Source: Camelus dromedarius (lineage: Eukaryota). From it: a stretch of DNA of 64,000 bases. Within the stretch, counting starts at the first letter, position 1; the number at the start of each line of letters is the position of its first letter. Shown in pieces: positions 63,641-64,000 of this stretch. The notes under the pieces are model-generated. The model was not told the DNA's origin. It saw only the letters and a program-made list of their open reading frames with translations, and searched no databases. Position numbers and translations under genes: made by a program. The stretch spans positions 40,178,001-40,242,000 of the forward strand of contig NC_087447.1 of the NCBI RefSeq assembly GCF_036321535.1, in the 5' to 3' direction.

Positions 63641-64000
63641 TAAAATAATGAAAGAAAAGTCAGAGCAAGAATGTTTAATGGATTCCCAAGCCCCAGTTCT
63701 AAGAACTTGGGGCACTGCTTGTCAACCCCCTAACCTAAGCTCTGCCAGAATCCCCCCACACCCTTTTGCCAGTATCCACTCTCACCCTCACTCCTGTCCC
63801 ACAGCTCCTGCTCCCACCGTTCCTAGGCAGGGAGTGCCAAACTAATGGACTTTTTTAGGCCTAGTCCTCTCCTCCTGGCATCTCAGCCTCCTATCCAGCC
63901 TCTCTGCCTCAGCTCCCTATATCCCATCCTCTACAAAGCCGCGAGGGACATCTTCCCATACATGGATTCCTCTGCTCATGAACACTCTAAGGCTCCCTGC

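Noticed and set aside
54459..64000. Search for the MICAL2 CpG-island promoter/exon 1
   Set aside because: No CpG island seen; 55430-55700 is only mildly CpG-enriched
1..64000. CRISPR arrays, tRNA/rRNA genes, prokaryotic-type operons or defence systems
   Set aside because: The sequence is clearly mammalian intronic DNA; no regularly spaced repeat-spacer array or structural RNA gene was recognised

Overview
Mammalian (placental) genomic DNA lying entirely inside the 5' part of the MICAL2 gene, which is on the minus strand. Two exons are supported. One is a 71-nt non-coding exon (54388-54458). The other is the first coding exon (33650-33989: 76 nt of 5'UTR plus 264 nt encoding residues 1-88, MGENEDEKQ...SCMNTK). 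The promoter/exon 1 and the next coding exon (GxGxxG FAD-binding motif) were not found and appear to lie outside the window. The rest is intron, filled with old interspersed repeats (many MIR and L2, L1M fragments, hAT MER20/MER33/MER119/MER5A/MER58, MLT1 LTRs), microsatellites and two 5'-truncated L1 3' ends with target-site duplications. One of these resembles a camelid/cetartiodactyl L1, and I saw no Alu, B1, Bov-tA, PRE1 or SINEC. I found no new multi-gene system, and the long ORFs in the track other than the MICAL2 exon look like chance ORFs. The most interesting observations are regulatory: a uORF-dense leader whose frame could be switched by a tandem +4 splice donor, a candidate UG-repeat-guarded poison exon, motif-dense enhancer candidates (CArG/AP-1/RUNX/TEAD; E-box/FOX palindromes), a pre-miRNA-like hairpin, and a 92-bp templated duplication. 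Repeat family names and human comparisons come from memory of consensus sequences, and repeat boundaries are approximate.
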